A stretch of DNA of 64,000 nt from Candidatus Parcubacteria bacterium (GCA_027450205.1 DAIDJL010000002.1:7870-71869); one strand, 5' to 3'. Shown: positions 49,688 through 62,706, numbered from the stretch's first letter. The notes: generated by a model from the letters alone, not told the origin. A program made the numbers and translations.

Positions 49688-51843
49688 CTACACATCCAGA
49701 TTCTGCACCGTCGCAGCGTGGGCCTGAATGAAGTTCTTACGCGGCTCCACGGCATCGCCCATCAACGTATCAAAAAGCTTGTCCGCCTTCTCGGCATCCT
49801 CCACTTTGACCTGTTTCATCAGGCGCACCTCGGGATTCATGGTGGTCTCCCAAAGCTGTTCAGCATTCATCTCGCCAAGGCCTTTATAGCGCTGGATGTT
49901 CGGCTGGCGCTTCCCGTCTCCCTGACCCTCGTTCACGCCTTCCGGCATTTCATTTTCTCCTTCAGCGGCATTTTCTTCCGTAGCAAGGTCCGCAAGCTCT
50001 GCGAGCGTCTCCGGTTTCTTTGCGTTTTTCGCAAGAACTCCGCCCTTGGCGGCCTTCGCACCCTTTGCCGGCAGCGTCGGCGCATTCTTTTGCAATTCGG
50101 CGATCACCTTATCTTTCTCGTCGTCGGAAAACGCGTACCGGACCGTTTTGCCAAGCTGGATGCGATAGAGCGGCGGTTGGGCAATGTACACATATCCGCC
50201 ATCCACCACATCGCGGAAGTAGCGATAGAAAAGCGTAAGGAGCAGCGTACGGATGTGCGCGCCGTCAACATCGGCATCCGTCATGATGATGATCTTATGA
50301 TAGCGAAGCTTGCTCATATCAAATTCCTCGCCGATAGCGGTACCGATCGCAATAACGAGCGAGCGCACCTCCGCATTCGCAAGCATCTTATCCAAACGCG
50401 CGCGCTCCACGTTCAGCGGCTTGCCGCGCAACGGCAAGATTGCCTGCGTGTGACGGTTACGGCCCTGCTTGGCGGTGCCGCCTGCCGAATCGCCCTCCAC
50501 GATGAACAGCTCGGATTCCGCCGCGATCTTGGAGGTGCAATCAGCAAGTTTGCCCGGAAGCGTAAGCCCTTCAAATGCGCCTTTGCGCAATACCGTCTCG
50601 CGTGCCGCCTTTGCCGCGAGCCGGGCCTTTGCCGTCAGGATCACCTTCTGGATGATCGCCTTTGCCTCCTGCGGATGCTTCTCCAAAAATTCCTTGAGCG
50701 CCTCGTTGATGACCGATTCCGTGATGGTGCGTGCCTCCGGATTGCCGAGTTTTGACTTCGTCTGGCCTTCGAATTGCGGATCGGTGAGCTTCACCGAAAC
50801 AATGGCAACCATTCCTTCGCGAACGTCATCGCTCGTAAGGTTTTCTTCCTTTTCCTTAAGCCACCCGTCGGCACGCGCGTAGTTGTTGAGCGACCGCGTG
50901 AGCGCCGAGCGAAAGCCGGTAAGATGCATGCCGCCTTCGGGCGTAAGAATGTTGTTCGCAAAACTCATTTCCACCACGCGCGTATCATCCACGTACAGGA
51001 ACGCCGCTTCCACATCGAGTTTCTCCACCTGCTTGTGAACGTAGAAAATATCCTCGTTCAGGCGATTTTTCTTCTGAGCGAGATATTTTACATACGACAG
51101 CACGCCGCCCTCGAAATAAAATCCGTAAAAGTACGGCACTGGCTGGCGACGATCGTAAAAATTGATGCGGACGCCTTTCGTTAAGTACGCCTGCTGGCGC
51201 AAGCGCTCAAGGATCACCTTGTCGTTGAACTCCATTTCGGAAAAGATCGTAGGATCCGGAGAAAAGGTCGTTTTGGTGCCGTGGCGCTTGGATGCACCGA
51301 TCTTTTTTACTTTGTATTCCGGAACACCGCGCTTGTATTCCTGCACGAACGTTCCGCCGTCGCGATCGACTTCCACTTTGACCCACGTGGAAAGTGCGTT
51401 CACGACCGACGCACCAACGCCGTGCAAACCGCTTGAAACCTTATACCCGTCGCCGCCGAATTTGCCGCCGGCGTGAAGCACGGTCATGACGGTTTCCAAA
51501 GTGGATTTCTTTGTCTGTGGATGAATGTCCACCGGAATGCCGCGGCCGTCGTCCTGGACGCTCACCTTGTTGTCCGGTAAAAGTTCCACCGTGATGGTGG
51601 TTGCGTAGCCCGCCATTACCTCGTCGATCGCATTATCCACGATCTCCCAGATCAAGTGATGCAGACCGGTGGTTCCCGTGGAACCGATGTACATGCCCGG
51701 CCGCTTGCGAACCGGTTCAAGGCCTTCGAGAACGGTGATGTCCTTCGCGCCGTACGTGGCGCTGCCTTTATTGCCGGTGCTGCCGGCCTTAACCTCGGCT
51801 TTTGACGCTTTTTTGACCTCTTTTTTCTCTTCTTTTTCAGCCA
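49688..51843 (-). CDS. gyrB: DNA gyrase subunit B
   Basis: GHKL ATPase, TOPRIM, PLRGK and EGDSAGG motifs. Start taken at MAEKEEKKE; the ORF track extends it to 52030. Confidence 0.9.
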
Positions 51844-51963
51844 TTTTTATTGGGTTTTTCGTTAAAAAATGCCTCGCGGGCGATACACGTATTTTAGCAT
51901 GATTTTGGCGAAAAATCCAAGCATGAAAAATACGGAGTAAGAAAGGATTTGTCGGAATAATGC

Positions 51964-53106
51964 TCAAAACTTTGTCGTTTGAGGGCTCCCCAACCCCGTC
52001 ACATAATCGTAGCGTTTGCGCGCGGAACAATAATATTTACAATTGCCATTCGTGCCGCTCGTGATATCGCGAAAGAATCTAAGCGCGTTCGCGGAAGCCT
52101 TGTCTATATACAATTTTGCGAGCGAGGCGGAGGCGCCGAGCGCTTTGATGGCCGCCCATTGCGGCGCGCCGGCGCTCGTGCCGCCGACGGTGTTCCAGGA
52201 ACCGCCCGCCCGGCTGCCGGTGCCGGTCGTAAGATATACGCCATATCCCGACGCCGGATCGGCGTCGTACGAAACGTCCGGGATCGCGCGCATGCCGCCC
52301 GCCCGGGCGATCTTATACGCCGACTGGTATACCGGCTCTTTTTCATACGCGCTCACGCCGCCGCCGCTCCCCGACCACGCGCCCTCGGAAATGAGCGCCC
52401 CCATTGATGAAAGTTTCAGCGTCGTGCCGCCCACGCCGATCACGTTTGGCGAGGACGCAGGCCAGCTCGCGCCCGCACCATCATCGCCGGACGACGCAAA
52501 GAACGCGGCGGCGGGATTCGCGCTACCAACAAAATGTGCATCGTATGAAAGCTCGTCGGAAAATTCCGCGCCACCCCAGCTCATGGATATTGCGATAACA
52601 TCCTTCCGCGACCGCGCGTAATCGATGGCGCTCAAAAGATTCGCACCACTCGGCGTTTTTGCCTCTACCAGCAATATTTTCGCATTTGGCGCGATGGCGT
52701 GCGCCCATTCTACGTCGAGCGCCATTTCCATGGCCCAGCCGCTGTTCGCCGCGATCGAACCCGACATTTTATGTTTTTCAAAACACTTGTTCGCGGTGGT
52801 ACAGGCAGGCAGAACATATTGCCTGTCAAATACCGCAAGATCGCTTTCAGCATACGGATCGTCGTATGCGTCAATGAGCGCGATCGTCCCCTTCCCGCCG
52901 GTGGCGGGAAGGTTATAGATCTTTTTTATCTCCGCCGGCGTCACGCCGGAAGGCGCCTTTTCGGCCGACCTGAATACGTGCACCGGCGGACGTCCTTGAA
53001 AATCCGAGAACCGATATGCCGCGTTGGCGGCACCACCGAGCGGGATAAGCGCGGAAGCGGCCGCGAGAAGCGCGACAAGCACCGCAGATGATTTTTTGTT
53101 GGTCAT
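51964..53106 (-). CDS. Secreted sedolisin (S53, kumamolisin-like) peptidase
   Basis: Signal peptide; ALDVEWAHAIAP (Glu/Asp region) and GGTSAGAPQWAAI (catalytic Ser). Confidence 0.7.
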   Translation of the reverse strand: MTNKKSSAVLVALLAAASALIPLGGAANAAYRFSDFQGRPPVHVFRSAEKAPSGVTPAEIKKIYNLPATGGKGTIALIDAYDDPYAESDLAVFDRQYVLPACTTANKCFEKHKMSGSIAANSGWAMEMALDVEWAHAIAPNAKILLVEAKTPSGANLLSAIDYARSRKDVIAISMSWGGAEFSDELSYDAHFVGSANPAAAFFASSGDDGAGASWPASSPNVIGVGGTTLKLSSMGALISEGAWSGSGGGVSAYEKEPVYQSAYKIARAGGMRAIPDVSYDADPASGYGVYLTTGTGSRAGGSWNTVGGTSAGAPQWAAIKALGASASLAKLYIDKASANALRFFRDITSGTNGNCKYYCSARKRYDYVTGLGSPQTTKF

Positions 53107-53205
53107 GCGCGGAGTTTACAACAAGGCGCATTAAAATCCTGTTAAATGAACGCGGGAAAAGGCGCGGTTTTGCGCTTATAAGGCCTGACCGCTTATACTT
53201 TACCC

Positions 53206-55044
53206 ATGGAAACCAACAATCTCGGAACGGAGCAGGTGCGGTGGGACCTCGGTGTTTTCTATTCCGGCGTGGACGATCCGCAGATCGATAAAGACCTCAC
53301 TGCGCTCGTGGCGCTCGAGAAAAAATTTTACGAAAATTATAAAGGAAGATTGGCGGAAAAGCTTGGCGGGGCGATAACCGATCTTGCGGAGATAAATATG
53401 CATGCGGAAAAGATATTCGTATATCTCTATTTGTTCCAGAGTATCGATGTTACGAACGGTCCCGTGAAGGCGAAGATGGCCGAAGCCGAACAGATCTCAA
53501 GCGAAGCAAGCGGCAACTATCTCACCTTTTTTGATATCGAACTGGTGGCGCTGGACGACGCGACGCTCGAAAAATTCTATGCGTCGGACGCGGTCGTCGC
53601 GAAGCACCGCCCATGGATCGAGCACGCGCGGGTCTTCAAACCCCATCTCTTAAGCGAACCGGTGGAAGGGGCGCTCGCAAAACGATCTCCGTTCGGCCCG
53701 GGCTCGTGGAGTGAATTCTTTGACGAAGTGGAAGCCGATCTTCGCTTGCCCATCCGCGGCGAGGAAAAAACACTTACCGAGCTTCTTGATGTCCTTACCA
53801 ATTCCAACATGCCGGAAGAGCGGGCGGAGGCGCTGAAAATCATTAACGCCGGACTGGGAGGATATTTTGCAAAGTATTCCGCGCAATCTTTGTATGTGAC
53901 CGCAGGAGCGATGGCCGTGGAACGGCGCGAGCGCGGGTATAAGAACCCGATGGATGCGCGGAATAAATCAAATCGCATCCCCGATGCGGTGGTGGATGCG
54001 CTGCACGAGGCCACCATTACTACCGCCGGCCCCCTCGCCCGACGCTACTATGCGTTAAAAGCGAAATTATTAGGGGTGGAGAAATTGCCATGGAGCGACC
54101 GGAATGCGCCGATGCCGTTCGTCGACAATACGACCATCCCTTTTGCCGAAGGGATAAAAACGGTCCTCGCGGCATACCAAAGCTTCAGCCCGACGCTCGC
54201 CGGATTCGTCAAGGATTTTAGCGCGACCAAACGGATAGATGCGCCAGTCACGAAGGGGCGCCGCGGCGGTGCTTACAATTATTCCATCGTACTTCCGGGA
54301 AACCATCCCACCTCGTTCGTCTTTCTTAACTATCTCGGCTCGAACAACGACGTGATGACGCTGGCACACGAACTCGGCCACGGCGTCCACGGTATGCTCG
54401 CGGGCGCAGCGCAAGGTCCGCTCATGGCGCAGGCGCCGATCGCGTATGCGGAAACGGCGTCGGTCTTCGGCGAAATGACCACTTTCAAATTTTTAAAGAA
54501 ACAGCTGGAAGAAAAGAACGACGTAAAGGCCCTGCTCGCGCTCATCACCGGAAAGATCGAGGGAAACATCAATTCCGTGGTCAGGCAGATCGGATTCTCG
54601 AACTTCGAACGGCGGCTGCACGGCATGGATGCAAGCTATAAAACATGGGCTGAGCCTAAAAAACTTTCAGCGGAGGAACTTGACGCGGTCTGGCTCCAAA
54701 CAATAAAAGAACTCTATGGCGCTGATGGCGAAGTATTCACCTATAAAGATACCGAGCACCTTTGGACATACGTATCGCACTTTCACCGCCCGTTCTATGT
54801 CTACGGCTACGCGTTCGGCGAACTGCTCACGCAAAGCCTCTACGCGCAGCAGTCCCGCTTCGGCGACCGATTCGAACCCCTTTATCTTGACCTCCTCCGC
54901 TCCGGCAGCACGAAAGACGTGGTTGAACTCCTCGCACCGTTCGAGCTCGATCCGACCAAAAAAGATTTCTGGGAGAACGGTATCAACGTCAGTCTTGCCG
55001 CAATGATAGAAGAGGCGGAGAAGCTCGCAGAGAAAAAAGTGTAG
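53206..55044 (+). CDS. pepF: Oligoendopeptidase F (M3B)
   Basis: HELGHGVH zinc motif. Confidence 0.85.
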   Translation: METNNLGTEQVRWDLGVFYSGVDDPQIDKDLTALVALEKKFYENYKGRLAEKLGGAITDLAEINMHAEKIFVYLYLFQSIDVTNGPVKAKMAEAEQISSEASGNYLTFFDIELVALDDATLEKFYASDAVVAKHRPWIEHARVFKPHLLSEPVEGALAKRSPFGPGSWSEFFDEVEADLRLPIRGEEKTLTELLDVLTNSNMPEERAEALKIINAGLGGYFAKYSAQSLYVTAGAMAVERRERGYKNPMDARNKSNRIPDAVVDALHEATITTAGPLARRYYALKAKLLGVEKLPWSDRNAPMPFVDNTTIPFAEGIKTVLAAYQSFSPTLAGFVKDFSATKRIDAPVTKGRRGGAYNYSIVLPGNHPTSFVFLNYLGSNNDVMTLAHELGHGVHGMLAGAAQGPLMAQAPIAYAETASVFGEMTTFKFLKKQLEEKNDVKALLALITGKIEGNINSVVRQIGFSNFERRLHGMDASYKTWAEPKKLSAEELDAVWLQTIKELYGADGEVFTYKDTEHLWTYVSHFHRPFYVYGYAFGELLTQSLYAQQSRFGDRFEPLYLDLLRSGSTKDVVELLAPFELDPTKKDFWENGINVSLAAMIEEAEKLAEKKV

Positions 55045-55063
55045 GAGGGCATATACTACCAAT

Positions 55064-55810
55064 ATGAAGCAAGTGCGCCTTATGATGGGCATGCCCATCG
55101 CCATTGAGATAGTGGATCCCAAAGCGACCGATGGCGTTTTTGACGAGGTATTCGATTACTTCACCCACATCGACGAGAAGTTCAGTACGTATAAGCCGAC
55201 GAGCGAGATAAGTGCGATCAACAACGGCACGCTCGCGCTCGTGGATGCGAGCGAAGAAATGCAGCTTGTCTTTGCGATGTGCGAGGAAACCAAGCAGCAG
55301 ACGAACGGCTATTTTGATATCAGGACACCGCGCGGAACGTATGACCCGTCGGGGCTCGTAAAGGGATGGGCGATCTGGAATGCGGCAAAGTTACTCGAGA
55401 AAAAAGGGTTTGAGAATTTTTATGTTGACGCCGGCGGCGACATCCAACCGCACGGGCACAACGCGGACGGCGGCAAATGGGCGGTCGGCATCAAGAACCC
55501 GTTCAACCAAAACGAGAATATAAAAGTGGTCTATGTGGGCAATGAGGGCGTCGCTACGTCGGGTACGTACATCCGCGGCAAACACATCTATAACCCGCGC
55601 GGGGGCAACCAGCCGGTGAGCGAGATCGTAAGCCTGACCGTGATCGGGCCGAACATCCACGATGCCGACCGCTTCGCCACTGCCGCGTTCGCGATGGGCG
55701 CGGACGGCATTCGCTTCATCGAACAACTCGCCGGCTACGAGGGATATATGATAGACAACGACAAGATCGCCACCATGACGACCGGATTCGGACGTTACAC
55801 AGCGGAATAG
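55064..55810 (+). CDS. apbE: ApbE-family FAD:protein FMN transferase (short form)
   Basis: ApbE N-terminal motif and GGD...G core. Confidence 0.7.
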   Translation: MKQVRLMMGMPIAIEIVDPKATDGVFDEVFDYFTHIDEKFSTYKPTSEISAINNGTLALVDASEEMQLVFAMCEETKQQTNGYFDIRTPRGTYDPSGLVKGWAIWNAAKLLEKKGFENFYVDAGGDIQPHGHNADGGKWAVGIKNPFNQNENIKVVYVGNEGVATSGTYIRGKHIYNPRGGNQPVSEIVSLTVIGPNIHDADRFATAAFAMGADGIRFIEQLAGYEGYMIDNDKIATMTTGFGRYTAE

Positions 55811-55828
55811 GCGTATCGTACGCGAAGT

Positions 55829-56368
55829 TCAAAACGGGCTCCTCCCCAGGATCCGCGTGACGCTCGCGGCCTCGCTCGCACGCATGATTGAATCTTCCGA
55901 CGCAGGGATGATCCAGTCGCCGAGAACTTCCAGAAACTCTTCCCGGCGCGGTTCCTGCCCCACTTTTTCCATGTGCAGTTTCGGATGGCTCTCCGACGTG
56001 TACTCATAATGCCCGCGCACTTCCCCGTCTTTGAATATCCGCAGGTGATATTGGTGCTCAAAACCCACCGGCTTACGGACGCTCACCACTTCGTCATCAT
56101 CCTTGAGTGCGATGAAGTGGTTCGCATACTGTTTTGTCCCGAGATATTTAAGGAGATCCTCCACGGAGCGACCGGGGGCGATGTGTCCCAGCAGATAGTT
56201 CTGCCGTCCTTCATGCTGAAGGATCCCTAAAGACAGCAAAAGATCCCTCCCGACGCCATGAATCGGGTAAATAGCCTTCCAAAGCACATATTTCGACCGG
56301 TTTCGGAATCCTTTCGGATACGGGAGCACGGACTCCGGAATGCTCCTCTGGAGAGCGATTTCGTCCAT
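55829..56368 (-). CDS. Hypothetical protein
   Basis: ORF only. Contains HQYH. Confidence 0.4.
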   Translation of the reverse strand: MDEIALQRSIPESVLPYPKGFRNRSKYVLWKAIYPIHGVGRDLLLSLGILQHEGRQNYLLGHIAPGRSVEDLLKYLGTKQYANHFIALKDDDEVVSVRKPVGFEHQYHLRIFKDGEVRGHYEYTSESHPKLHMEKVGQEPRREEFLEVLGDWIIPASEDSIMRASEAASVTRILGRSPF

Positions 56369-56497
56369 AAATTAGCGATAAATCATAAGGAAAACCTACC
56401 CGACCATTATACCATACCCCGCCGGGGCAGGTCTATGGCGGAAAATACGGAACAAAGTTGCGAACAAATACGCGGCGATGAACGCGTCTTCCGCTTT

Positions 56498-56656
56498 CTA
56501 AGCCCTGAACGCAAAATACATCAGCACGATGGTCAACGCATTCAGGACCACCAATATTACCGCTGTTTGCGAACGCGATGCCAACGGATTCCAAACAATA
56601 TAGACCGTGTAGATGATCGCGACGATCGCCGCCCCGATAAAGTTCCCTCGTATCAT
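56498..56656 (-). CDS. Possible 52-aa hydrophobic micro-protein (MIRGNFIGAAIVAIIYTVYIVWNPLASRSQTAVILVVLNALTIVLMYFAFRA); below the ORF-track size cutoff.
   Basis: Manual translation; two predicted TM helices. Confidence 0.25.
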   Translation of the reverse strand: MIRGNFIGAAIVAIIYTVYIVWNPLASRSQTAVILVVLNALTIVLMYFAFRA

Positions 56657-56818
56657 GTTTTATAATGGAGTGATCACACGCATCGGCCTTTCAAACGCCA
56701 TATGATCCATTATACTCCCCCTTCAGGAATCCGGACATTCTCTGCTCGGCGGGCAGTGGGGGACGAAGTTCGAACTGAATCAATAAATAACCAATTTAAA
56801 AAGGACTTTTAGGAAGTA

Positions 56819-56863
56819 TTGACAATATATACATATAGATGGTATTATATTGTAGTAAAGGAG
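56819..56863 (+). promoter_or_regulatory. Promoter (TTGACA, 17-19 nt spacer, TATTAT) plus an AAGGAGG RBS for the 56869 gene.
   Basis: Read from the sequence. Confidence 0.45.
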
Positions 56864-56868
56864 GTTTT

Positions 56869-57267
56869 ATGTTCCGATGGCTCTTTAACATTCGAAAAGC
56901 ATGGGCCCAGCTCAAAGCCGAGTGGAATACCCCTACGGTCAGCAGCAAAGATCCCGCCCTTTACTCAGAAATGAGGCCAGGCGAAACATTGGTTGAACTT
57001 GAGCCGGGACCTTTCGTCGAGCTCGTTCGTCGAAACAGGCCATCGACCATCTACTCTCAGTTTACACGAGAAGATGATTCTGCAAAATGCGGCTACGTAT
57101 GGTTTATGACGGACGACCACGTCAAAACAAGAACATGGGGAGAACACTACAACTGGGATAGCGCCGGGATTCTCCAAGAATTAGGCGACCTCTATCAGCA
57201 GAATCCACTTACCGAATTCTGCTTCGATAAAGAACATGCGACGCACACCTACTCATTAATGACTCTT

Positions 57268-57276
<9 letters not shown>
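56869..57276 (+). CDS. Hypothetical protein in a low-GC segment next to tRNA-Ser(GGA)
   Basis: Start at ATG (MFRWLFN) with a strong RBS; followed by a terminator. Confidence 0.45.
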
Positions 57277-57391
<115 letters not shown>

Positions 57392-57446
57392 AGTGCTTCG
57401 GTTCAGATAATAACAGGGCTGCGGAAAAATATCTACCCGTTCCCGG

Positions 57447-58142
57447 CTATCCGATGATCGTGCCGGCGAACTCCTTTCCGTTCAAGAGTGCGGCAAAATT
57501 GCGCAAATTGCGGCCATCGACGATGATGGCACGGACGCCCTCTCGTGCGCCGAGCGCGGCGCCGACGGGGTCGACGGGCGCGTGGAGGCCCGGCTTCCAC
57601 GTGGCGGGAATCAGTTTGCGATATTCGCGCCAGGTGAGCTTGTGGAACGGCACCGCATCGGCGTACTTGGCATGATCTTTGTTGTACACGTGCGCGGGTT
57701 TGCCGGCGATGACCGCTTCGTGTGCACCGAGGTCGGCGGCGAGGCGCATCGCCACGTAATCCGTTGACCATCCCGGCCGCCACCCGGACGCGATAGTGAG
57801 CGGCGCACGTAATTTTTTTATCTTGCCGCGGATATCGATAATGACCGGATCCGCAACGTCGCGGAAAATAGTGCGGAGCAGGTGCGCGTTGAGGCGGGTG
57901 GCATGGATGCCGAGCCAGTCCTTGTCTTCATCGTCGGTCACGCGGGATATTTTCTCCGCCGCTTCCTGAAAGTCGCGCGACAATCTCCCGCCGCCGATTA
58001 CCAGCACGAATTTAGTGCCGCGGCGCAAAAATGGCGTAAGGAATTTTTTAAAATCTTTTAAAAACTGGATATCGATCCCGTCGGGATGGACGATAGAACC
58101 GCCGAGAGCAATAACGACGGTTTTTGAGAATTTATATTTCAT
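57447..58142 (-). CDS. pyrH: Amino-acid-kinase-fold protein, most like UMP kinase (PyrH)
   Basis: VIALGGS...VLVIGGGRLSRDF resembles the UMPK GGGN-FRG motif. Start taken at MKYKFSK. Confidence 0.55.
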   Translation of the reverse strand: MKYKFSKTVVIALGGSIVHPDGIDIQFLKDFKKFLTPFLRRGTKFVLVIGGGRLSRDFQEAAEKISRVTDDEDKDWLGIHATRLNAHLLRTIFRDVADPVIIDIRGKIKKLRAPLTIASGWRPGWSTDYVAMRLAADLGAHEAVIAGKPAHVYNKDHAKYADAVPFHKLTWREYRKLIPATWKPGLHAPVDPVGAALGAREGVRAIIVDGRNLRNFAALLNGKEFAGTIIG

Positions 58143-58161
58143 AAAAATGGCGCACAGCGCA

Positions 58162-59076
58162 CTACCCCGATATCTGCTGTAGCGCCTTGATGCGGGCCTC
58201 GATCGGCGGATGGGTCGCGAACAGCGTGTGCCACCATGACGCACCTTTTCCTTTAAATGGCGTATCGAGCCACAGGTGCGCGGTGGAGTCCTTGGCGGTC
58301 TGCATCGGCGTCGTATCAAGCTGGATCTTCCGGAGCGCGGAGATGAGCCCTTCCGGATAGCGCGTGAGCAGCACGCCCGACGCGTCGGCGAGCGATTCGC
58401 GGCGGCGCGAGATGGCGAGCTGGATCAGCATCGTACCGATCGGAGCAAGAATGGAAAGCACGATCGCGGCAATGAAGAATATTTCCTGCGCCTCGCCGTT
58501 GTTGCCGCCACGCGAGCGGCCGCCGAACATCCCGCCGAAGAAAAGCGAGCGTAAAAAGATGTCCGCGATGAGCGAGATGATACCCGCGAGCACCGCGGCA
58601 ACGGTGGAGACAAGAATGTCGCGGTTGCCAACGTGCGAGAGCTCGTGTGCGATGACGCCCTGCAGCTCGTCCTTGTCCAGGCGCTGCAAAGCGCCCGCCG
58701 TCACCGCCACCGCCGCGTGCTGGGGGTCGCGCCCCGTAGCGAACGCATTGATCTGCAGCTCCGGCGTAATGTACAACTTGGGCATCGGAAGTCCGGCGGT
58801 GATCGCAAGATTCTCCACGATGTTCCACAGCATCGGGTTATCCGCCTTTTGGATCTCCTTCGCCCGCGCGAGCCCAAGCGCGATCGATGCCGATGAATAA
58901 TAGCTGATGAATGAATAGACGATGCTGAAAATGATCGCCCCGATCAGGAATGTCGGATCACCGTAATACATGGAGATCGCGTACCCGAGCGCACCGACCA
59001 CAAGAAAGAACACGACGAACAAAAGCCATGTTCTTCGAACATTCGAAGATTGAAGTGTATAGAGATTTGCTGCCAT
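58162..59076 (-). CDS. htpX: Zinc metalloprotease HtpX (M48)
   Basis: HELSHV motif plus TM segments. Confidence 0.85.
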   Translation of the reverse strand: MAANLYTLQSSNVRRTWLLFVVFFLVVGALGYAISMYYGDPTFLIGAIIFSIVYSFISYYSSASIALGLARAKEIQKADNPMLWNIVENLAITAGLPMPKLYITPELQINAFATGRDPQHAAVAVTAGALQRLDKDELQGVIAHELSHVGNRDILVSTVAAVLAGIISLIADIFLRSLFFGGMFGGRSRGGNNGEAQEIFFIAAIVLSILAPIGTMLIQLAISRRRESLADASGVLLTRYPEGLISALRKIQLDTTPMQTAKDSTAHLWLDTPFKGKGASWWHTLFATHPPIEARIKALQQISG

Positions 59077-59077
59077 T

Positions 59078-59632
59078 TTAGAACTTCACCGCGACCGGCT
59101 GCTTCTCCGCGTCTGTCAGGTCGTTGCCAAAAAAATCCATCTTGGTAAAACCCATCATGTTCGCGAACATGTTCGTCGGGAAGACCTGGAGCTTCGTGTT
59201 GAAGTCGCGGACCATGCCGTTGTAAAACCGGCGCGCGGCCTGGATCTTATCTTCTGTGTCGGTCAGCTCGTTCTGAAGCGAGAGGAAGTTTTGGTTCGCC
59301 TTGAGGTCCGGATAAGCTTCCGCGACGGCAAAGAGCGACTTGAGCGTCTGCGAGAGCTGGTTCTCGGCGGCGGCCTTCGCGTCGTTGCCGGTTGCCTGCA
59401 TCGCGCTCGCGCGCGCTTTGGTGACATCTTCGAACACCGTCTTCTCGTGCGCGGCATAGCCCTGCACGGTGGAGACCAGGTTTGGGATCAGGTCATAGCG
59501 CCGTTTGAGCTGAACATCAATATCGGAATAGGCCTCCTGCGTGCGATTGCGCGAAGTAACAAGCCCGTTATAAGCCAAAACAAGCCACAGAACAAGCACA
59601 ACAACTATCGCTATCAATATCCAAGTGATCAT
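59078..59632 (-). CDS. lemA: LemA family protein
   Basis: N-terminal TM; LemA signature. Confidence 0.8.
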   Translation of the reverse strand: MITWILIAIVVVLVLWLVLAYNGLVTSRNRTQEAYSDIDVQLKRRYDLIPNLVSTVQGYAAHEKTVFEDVTKARASAMQATGNDAKAAAENQLSQTLKSLFAVAEAYPDLKANQNFLSLQNELTDTEDKIQAARRFYNGMVRDFNTKLQVFPTNMFANMMGFTKMDFFGNDLTDAEKQPVAVKF

Positions 59633-60495
59633 AGGTGGATTATATCATGTATACGAGCCGGCGCAACGAACAGGTGCATGGCAAAAGAAAACCGCCCGGA
59701 TGGTAGCCTCGGGCGGTCGTTTTGGGTTTTCTGCGGGCGGGTTATCCGCAGATCAGGGAGAGCAGCGATGCGATGATCACTGCCACGCGGTACGAACAGA
59801 AATTCTTCATCTCGGCCTCGAGAAAAAGGTGGGATAGGTGCTTCCTTAACGGTAACATACCCTTCCCCGCTGTTCAACAAGGAAACGCGATTTTCCTCCA
59901 TGGAATCCTTTTCGGCTTCCAGGAGGAAGCTGATGATGTTTTCAGCGGGGACGAAGATAAACGTTCTCTTCTTCGAATCCTGTTTCACGGATCCCGCGAA
60001 CATCGCCACGATCTCACCGTGGTCGTTCAGCAGGGGCAATCCCGGGTCGTCAAGCGACAAAAAAACGTCGAACCGTAAATTGTAACTGCCGGTCCTTACG
60101 ATATACGGAAACGTCACCACCTTCTGCCCCGTAATCCGCGGGAAGAGATCTATGCATGCAAGATCGAATTCCTGCGAATAAGGGCCAAGAGGGCGGATGA
60201 TCCCACGGTAATGGCTTCCTGCGATCGCAACATCAATATCCTCCGCGTTCTTCACGGCATCGAACGTCGTGACCGCTCCGCAATCGCCTGCAGCAAACCC
60301 CGCCGCTTTCGTAATCCGCCCCGCCGTCGTGACGGTGATACGCTCCACCCCGGGTCCTGTCGCCGGATGAGCGTCCCCCTTGGATCCCTGGGCAACCGCG
60401 GAAACCGGCTGGGTGATCCCCGCAAGCCCCAAAATGGCGGCTGTCAGAAAAGCACGAATATTTCCCTTTTTCATTTTCACCTCCGGAGCGCCCAT
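59629..60495 (-). CDS. Hypothetical secreted protein with a signal peptide. Possibly a degenerate trypsin-like fold (GDCGA, HGEIVAMFAGS).
   Basis: ORF plus signal peptide. Start may be MKKGNIRAF at 60474. Confidence 0.45.
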   Translation of the reverse strand: MGAPEVKMKKGNIRAFLTAAILGLAGITQPVSAVAQGSKGDAHPATGPGVERITVTTAGRITKAAGFAAGDCGAVTTFDAVKNAEDIDVAIAGSHYRGIIRPLGPYSQEFDLACIDLFPRITGQKVVTFPYIVRTGSYNLRFDVFLSLDDPGLPLLNDHGEIVAMFAGSVKQDSKKRTFIFVPAENIISFLLEAEKDSMEENRVSLLNSGEGYVTVKEAPIPPFSRGRDEEFLFVPRGSDHRIAALPDLRITRPQKTQNDRPRLPSGRFSFAMHLFVAPARIHDIIHL

Positions 60496-60540
60496 AATGG
60501 CGCTTCATGCTGCCCGGATTATATCTCCCTCTCGGGGAAA

Positions 60541-62205
<1,665 letters not shown>

Positions 62206-62249
62206 TTATAATGTGAAATTTATTCGGCAATTTGGATATTGGCCTTTGG

Positions 62250-62543
62250 TTATTCCACTATCGCGAGTATATCGTCCTCATCGCCGACCAGATATTTCTT
62301 TCCTTCAAGTTCAAGTTCATCCGGGCCGTATTTTTTAAAAAGCACCACGTCGCCTATTTTTACCGACATCGCCTGGAGCTCGCCCTTGTCGTTTTTCTTA
62401 CCCGGGCCGACCGCCACGACTTTTGCCTTCACCGGCTTCTCTTTTTCGGCCGTTTCCGGCAGAACGATGCCGCCCGCGGTTACCTTTTCTTCTTCTATCG
62501 GCTCAAGGAACAAATGGTTCGATAATGGTTTAAAATTCATCAC
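62250..62543 (-). CDS. groS: Co-chaperonin GroES
   Basis: Unmistakable GroES sequence. Confidence 0.95.
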   Translation of the reverse strand: MMNFKPLSNHLFLEPIEEEKVTAGGIVLPETAEKEKPVKAKVVAVGPGKKNDKGELQAMSVKIGDVVLFKKYGPDELELEGKKYLVGDEDDILAIVE

Positions 62544-62576
62544 TTTTTTATTATTATTTACAATTTTTGAAATGAT

Positions 62577-62603
62577 TTAGCACTCGTGACTAGTGAGTGC
62601 CAA
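62577..62603. promoter_or_regulatory. CIRCE-like HrcA operator (TTAGCACTC-N9-GAGTGCCAA) upstream of groES
   Basis: One mismatch to the CIRCE consensus. Confidence 0.7.
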
Positions 62604-62706
62604 TAGGAATTATAAGGCAAAAAAACAGGGAGTCAAGAAGCGATGGGCCCAGGTCCGCAGGCCTTAGCAAGCTAACATGTGCAGGATTAAATCTCCGTTA
62701 AATGAA

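Noticed and set aside
51844-52030. N-terminal extension of gyrB in the ORF track (MFRAQTLRL...)
   Set aside because: GyrB homology begins at MAEKEEKK; the extension overlaps the convergent region of the sedolisin gene.
62620-62706. Possible small RNA between the groES promoter region and trxB
   Set aside because: Only a weak hairpin (ggcccaggtccgcaggcc) and no recognisable ncRNA signature; cannot be supported from sequence alone.
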